Shown: piece after piece, positions 58,801 to 64,000 of the stretch
How the letters are laid out: each line of letters opens with the position of its first letter
How positions within the stretch are numbered: the stretch's first letter is position 1
Position numbers and translations under genes: made by a program
Origin: Leptogorgia sarmentosa
Taxonomy: Eukaryota
Direction of reading: 5' to 3'
NCBI GenBank assembly: GCA_964658305.1
Contig: OZ210885.1
Coordinates: 8,494,001 to 8,558,000 of the forward strand
Length of the DNA stretch: 64,000 nt
The notes under the pieces: model-generated
What the model was told of the DNA's origin: nothing
Databases searched by the model: none
The model's input: the letters and a program-made list of their open reading frames with translations, nothing else

Positions 58801-61800
58801 ACTCTTAGACTAATAAATGGATGAATAATTAAAAAATATTTTTACCATTGATAAATGGTAAAAATATCACAAACAATTCAGTGGCGAAGCCAGCCTGACA
58901 ATTTGGTCCTGCTACTGTATGCAAATTCTTCCATGTTCATGCAGAGTAAAATATTTTTTATGTCAGGCCACACTTGTTTACCATTAGACTGTTAACGCAG
59001 GTGCTGGCTGCAAATGGCCTCTTAAAGATTTTACTCTGGCTAACAACAGACAGTTTTAGTCATCAAGGGGAAAGCTCCCAGCGGCAGTGGTTAAACTTCA
59101 AAATTTAAACCTCTATTACTCTTTTTACCATTCGGCATTAAGTATGTAATCACACAGGATCTTGTGCACAGTAATTAATGCAAAAGCCACCATGCATGGT
59201 GAGCAATTTGGCCAGTCTGTTCTTCAAGGATCACTCCTGTAGAGTGCATTTAGTTGAACAAAATCTTGCACTCTTCCTGATGAATCACAATTGTCTCTGT
59301 TATTTTCAATTAGAATCCATGCCTGAACACAAGAAAATCTGGAATGACTGGTGTGACAGATATTATTTGGAATTAATTAATATGAGTGTGAATGAAATAC
59401 CTAAACCACCAAAGGATTTTAATCAAATGGAAGAAGCTGAGTTAAATTCCTGGCTTTCGAAAATTGACTTCAACGAGGTCCCACACCAAGAGAAACAATT
59501 AAAAATCGATGTTCCATTGAAGCAAGACCTTTGTCAAAAGAGTCAAACATCAAAGACAGAGGTATTCAACCTTCCTTTATCTTTGGAAGATAATTCAACA
59601 CTGAATGGTACAGCATCAATATTTAACGAGTTTGCCAAAGAATTTTCCTTTCCATGCCCCACAAAGAGTGAGATCCCATTTAATAAGTCAGAAAAGAAGT
59701 TCGATCTTCATGCTGGTCGTAAACAGTTTGATTTTATGAGGTCGGTAGAGCTGCATCATGCACAAATGAATGAGTTCGAAAAGCAGTTGAAGAGCATAGA
59801 AAAGGGGTTGGATGGAGTTACAGTTGAAGATCTCCCCCCATCTTCAGACAGCGATTCTGATGATAGTGGAGATAAGGATACCCAAGAGTCTGTATCAACC
59901 AACAACAGCAAAACTCCACTACAGCAAAAGGATGAGATTTTTGCAGAACTCTGTCAGAAAATCAATGCACAGGTTCAAAGTCATGCCCAATCTGACTATT
60001 CTCTTGACAAACTTGTAGGCGAATTGATGAAAGATAGTAAGTCACTGAATTCCACAAAAGACAGATATGAGAGAACTATTTTTCATTATGCAGTTGAGAC
60101 AAGAAACCATGCACTGGTAAGGGTACTGCTAGCTATTGGAGTGAACCCAAATTGCAAGGAAGGCTGCGGAGCTACCCCACTGTCAATTGCTGTGATGAAC
60201 TCAGATGTTGCTATGTGTAAGCTGTTGCTTGATAACTTTGCTCTTCATAGCGGTCCATTTTATAGCAACATACCAAGCCCTTTGGCAATGGCAAATGCAA
60301 TGGAATTAGAACAAATTGTTACTTTGATTGAAGATAATGTTAAAAGTAATGAAAACCCATTGTTACCACCAACTCCACCAACTTGTGAAAGTTCTGATCC
60401 AGAAGACCATTTTGAAACTGCATTCACATATAAAAGATCAGTTTCTGAAGGCTTTCCTACAGGAATTGTGGGTGACGTTGGGACATGTAAGTTAAATCGA
60501 AGTGTGAAAAATAGGAACCTTACAGCATATGGTTGGTCTACCGAGATCCCAGGAGACATGCATGCTAAAGGCCATCTGTGTGAAGCTGCTTTTAAAGCTC
60601 ACAGTAAAGGTGGTTTTCATAAAATGGTGAGTGATGTCATGAAAAGACCGAAATTGACAGAAGAGGCCTTTAAGAAAAGAAAATTTCAGGAACAAAATCT
60701 CCAACATATACAGGAAGCTGTTCGGGATGGTAGCATTGCTTATTGTGTTGCAGCTGTTCAAGAGTTTATGTTGTCGAGTACATTTCCATCTGATGATGAT
60801 TTGAAGGATAATGAAAGAAAATATGGAAATCATAACAAGATTTTGCTGGAAAGATTCAAGCTTTGGTTGAAGGAATGCAGTGACATTGATCAAATGCATA
60901 AATACCATCAGCAGCTGTTTAGCTTGTTTGGTCCATTGTTGGATATGTTTATCACAGCAGGACGGGAAGGAGATGGCTTATTGCGAGAAACATCATGGGT
61001 TCTTTTGCTACCGATTTTCGCTCAACTGGATTTTCGGAACTACTGGACAGAAGCATTCGTTCATGTTGTGAACTTTACTTCCCTGTGGCCACTGGCATTT
61101 AGATGTATGGTGAAGAATAATTGCACGATTAACATCAGTGGGAAGCGTGGTCATAACTTAGATCTGGATGAATATGTGGAAACATATATTGTCAGACCTC
61201 TAAAAATGTATTCATCAGGTAATTTTTTTCAGTTGAATTATTTTTATTAGAGGTATAGTGTCACACTTAGTCAAAGAAAAAGTATGTGCTTTTTATAAAA
61301 AAAATTTGGTGTATGATACTGAAAGAAATGTCTTAATCGGAAGACATTGTTACCTGTATAACAAATGAAAAAGGCACTATTTATTTTCTGTTGGCTACGA
61401 AAGGAACAAAGCAGAAAAAATGTCTTTTAGTTTTAGATAAAATTACAGGCTTGTTAGCGAAACATTTTCATACAAAGTTTACGGTCTGGAAGGTTACGTA
61501 AGGTCTGGAAACCAGCAATAAACATACTTTTTCTTTGGCCATAAGCATGTTTTCTGAGCTGCATGTACTTTGTTTACAAAGTTGGCTAGAAATTATGGAA
61601 TGTTCTTGTTCTTTAGAGATTTCCATTGCACTATACGAGTAGTGGCAATAGCAAAATCTTTGCAATTTTATTCTATTCAATACAAGTGATACCAGCTTGA
61701 AAAATGCAGCACAACAGCCTTTTAATATCTATCCTTTTACGTAGGTCACACCTCGGTTGAAATGTGCAAGCGACTTATGGGCAGCCTTGACCTGCTACGG

Positions 61801-62142
61801 TCAGTAAGAAGCGTCTACTTTCACCCACAATCATTCAATTACCACCAAACGACAAAGCATAAAACTCAGAGCTCCGTCCCAGATATAATTAAAGGAATGT
61901 GGTTTTGTCTCTACAACAAGTTCTTCGAAGTATCCTCCGGACGAATTCCACTTGAGCTGCCAATAAGGAGTACAAATGAAGGTAGAAAGAAAGTGCCATT
62001 GAGGTTAATTGCCATTGTTGAAAAAGGTGAACAGAAAGTAAAGGAGAAAATGAAAGCGAAGCTCCATGAATGCTTTCCATTGTTCCGGTTAGCATCACCG
62101 GAATCTATTCTAGAGGATGAGGAGGAAGAAGTAGTGACATGA
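55827..62142 (+). CDS. Academ-like transposase with inserted ankyrin repeats; 8 exons, about 1249 aa
   Basis: Exons 55827-55869, 56167-56214, 56337-56477, 56785-57010, 57509-58210, 58309-58595, 59314-61218, 61745-62142 join in frame (3750 nt). Motifs LLMDNIN, IVGDVGT, PGDMH, NY..E, N.SG..G.N...DEYVE; ANK RTIFHYAV and GATPLSIAV. Confidence 0.72.
57075..57316. mobile_element. MITE inside transposase intron 4
   Basis: Imperfect TIRs GTTGTTCAAA...GGTTAGCTTAACC / GGTTAGCGCTAACC...TTTGAACAAC. Confidence 0.55.
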
Positions 62143-62201
62143 ACAATGCTTTTTTATAACACAACAGTGCAGCTGAAAAACCACAGTTAAATAGTTATGC
62201 A

Positions 62202-63854
62202 TTATAGTCTTAGAAAAATTCTGATTTCTCTATTTCTTAAGGAAATAGCCTTCTGTCCTTGAGTAATGAACGGCGATGTGAATTTGTCATTTGAAGCTCT
62301 CATATTCTCAGCAAGAACACCACTGATAATCAAATGCTGTATAAATTTCATTGCATCTCCATCATTCTTGAAAACCTTTTGGCCTATTCCATAATGGGGG
62401 ATATTATGGAAACCCTTGCTCTCCACATCCTTCTTAGATTTTGAGCCTCTGAATGTTAGTGCTAACTGTCTGGCACTAATTTTTGCATGAATTTGACACA
62501 TTTCAGCAACACATAAGCATACATTAATTGCTTCAGGAGTATAATCCTTAGGAATTGCAGGTGGTTTCAAACAGTTGTCACAATGTCCTTCACAATCAAC
62601 TGTTGAAGAGTCGTCAAAATACTCCAAAATGACTTTTCTCCTGCATGTTGAGGACATGCAATATGAGACAACACTATCCAATGACCGTAGCAAGTAGTCT
62701 TTGTGCTCCGGTGATTCGGTTGAAGTAATTTGCTGAATTCTTTTGCTTCTGTCTTCAAAGCGAAACATTACAATGCATTCAGAGTTAAGGCCATCTCGTC
62801 CGGCCCTTCCTGCTTCTTGGTAGTATTCCTCAATGGTTTCAGGAATTGTGAAATGGATCACATAACGCACATTCTCTTTGTCGATTCCCATTCCGAATGC
62901 ACTTGTAGCACATATGATTTGAACATTTCCTGACAGCCATTTTCTTGCATTCTCACTTTTCTCAAAATAATCAAGTTGGCCATGATAGTAAGCTGCTGGC
63001 AAGCCTTTTGTTTTGAAAATGTATGCTAACTCAATTGTATCTCGAGTGGTTGCACAATAGACAATACCACAGCAATCAGGGAAATTAGCACCCACATAAT
63101 CGACTAACTCCTCCTTTGCATGTGGTCCACTTTTTGCTAGGACACGATAAAACAGATTTGGTCGGTTACAGGTTGACTGAATGATAACTGGCTCAACAAG
63201 TAGTAACTTCTCAATGATCCTCTGCTGAGTTGTAGCTGTAGCAGTGCCAGTGAAAGCTGCAATGGGTACATTAAACTTCTTGAGTTCAAACAGAGATGCA
63301 TATGATGGCCTGAAAGTTTGTCCCCAAGTGTCTATGCAATGCGCTTCATCAATAACAAATCGTGATAATGTTTTGTTGACTGCCATTTGCTCAAAACATA
63401 ATGTTACTGACGATGAAAGGGCAGATTCTGGAGTCAGATAGAAGAATTTATAACATGGTGCTTCTTTAGTTAATTCATGCAGAACTGCATCTCTTGCTTC
63501 TGGTGCCATAGACGAATTGATGTAACAGACAGAGATTCCAAGTTTTTTTAGTTTTTCAACTTGGTCATCAAGCAATGCCATCAAAGGTGTGATAACAACA
63601 GTAACACCTGCAGCTACTATACCAGGAATCCAGTAACAAACAGATTTTCCAGTACCAGTTGGCATGATTGCAACAGTATCCTTGTTATGCATCAATGTGT
63701 CTATCACCTTCCGTTGTTCGCCTCGAAACTTTTCATGACCAAAGACCTTCCTCAAAATATCTATCACCACATCTCCTGTATCTTCATCATATCTCATAGC
63801 TGTTGGTGGAAGTGTCATGCTTGTGGGATCAATTGGTGTATGAAATGTGAGATC
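62202..63854 (-). CDS. RecQ-family SF2 DNA helicase (terminal exon; upstream exons probably outside window)
   Basis: MPTGTGKSVCY, VIDEAHC..WG..FRPSY, TGTAT, ATSAFGMGIDK, YYQEAGRAGRDG, RQC Zn site CRR...C...CDNC and winged-helix-like tail; in-frame acceptor ttttcag at 63855. Confidence 0.93.
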   Translation of the reverse strand, partial: DLTFHTPIDPTSMTLPPTAMRYDEDTGDVVIDILRKVFGHEKFRGEQRKVIDTLMHNKDTVAIMPTGTGKSVCYWIPGIVAAGVTVVITPLMALLDDQVEKLKKLGISVCYINSSMAPEARDAVLHELTKEAPCYKFFYLTPESALSSSVTLCFEQMAVNKTLSRFVIDEAHCIDTWGQTFRPSYASLFELKKFNVPIAAFTGTATATTQQRIIEKLLLVEPVIIQSTCNRPNLFYRVLAKSGPHAKEELVDYVGANFPDCCGIVYCATTRDTIELAYIFKTKGLPAAYYHGQLDYFEKSENARKWLSGNVQIICATSAFGMGIDKENVRYVIHFTIPETIEEYYQEAGRAGRDGLNSECIVMFRFEDRSKRIQQITSTESPEHKDYLLRSLDSVVSYCMSSTCRRKVILEYFDDSSTVDCEGHCDNCLKPPAIPKDYTPEAINVCLCVAEMCQIHAKISARQLALTFRGSKSKKDVESKGFHNIPHYGIGQKVFKNDGDAMKFIQHLIISGVLAENMRASNDKFTSPFITQGQKAISLRNREIRIFLRL

Positions 63855-64000
63855 CTGAAAATTTAAAAATCAAGTAAATAATGACAATAACTGCAAAACT
63901 AATACACAAATATCATATACTACTGGAATCCTAATTAATAATGGGCTGCTTTGATAAAGAACAAAATTCACTTTAGCTATAATTGTTAAGATTCATTAAC

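Larger units (their letters stand above)
55623..64000. mobile_element. AcademH-like DNA transposon (right end outside window)
   Basis: Candidate terminus CAGCCTCGTACCCAGGCTC with internal inverted repeat CCAGGCTCTTCGC/GCGAAGAGCCTGG; large Academ-like transposase convergent with a RecQ helicase. TSD and right TIR cannot be checked. Confidence 0.7.

Overview
AT-rich, intron-containing animal genomic DNA (repeat families and gene style suggest an anthozoan cnidarian; inference only). Left to right: (1) a minus-strand, multi-exon APAF-1-like STAND/NLR gene with HEPN-like domain, heptad coiled coil, NB-ARC and WD40 (19712 down to at least 2270), whose introns hold a Helitron relic and many MITEs; (2) repeat-rich intergenic DNA; (3) a truncated, frameshifted BEL/Pao LTR retrotransposon (about 32213-35219); (4) an apparently intact 15,753-bp Polinton/Maverick endogenous virus (36151-51903) with 246-bp TIRs and a 6-bp TSD ACGGTC. 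It encodes integrase, minor and major capsid, protease, ATPase and a 10-exon zinc-finger-pPolB, plus accessory cargo: a tRNA-His-like Pol III gene inside the left end, a Maelstrom/arenavirus-NP-like DEDDh exonuclease inside the right end, a triple GRF-zinc-finger protein and an LRR type-I membrane protein; (5) the left part of an AcademH-like DNA transposon (from about 55623, running off the window) whose transposase carries inserted ankyrin repeats and a U12-type intron, with a convergent RecQ helicase. All gene models were built by hand from splice signals and reading-frame continuity; no database searches were run.
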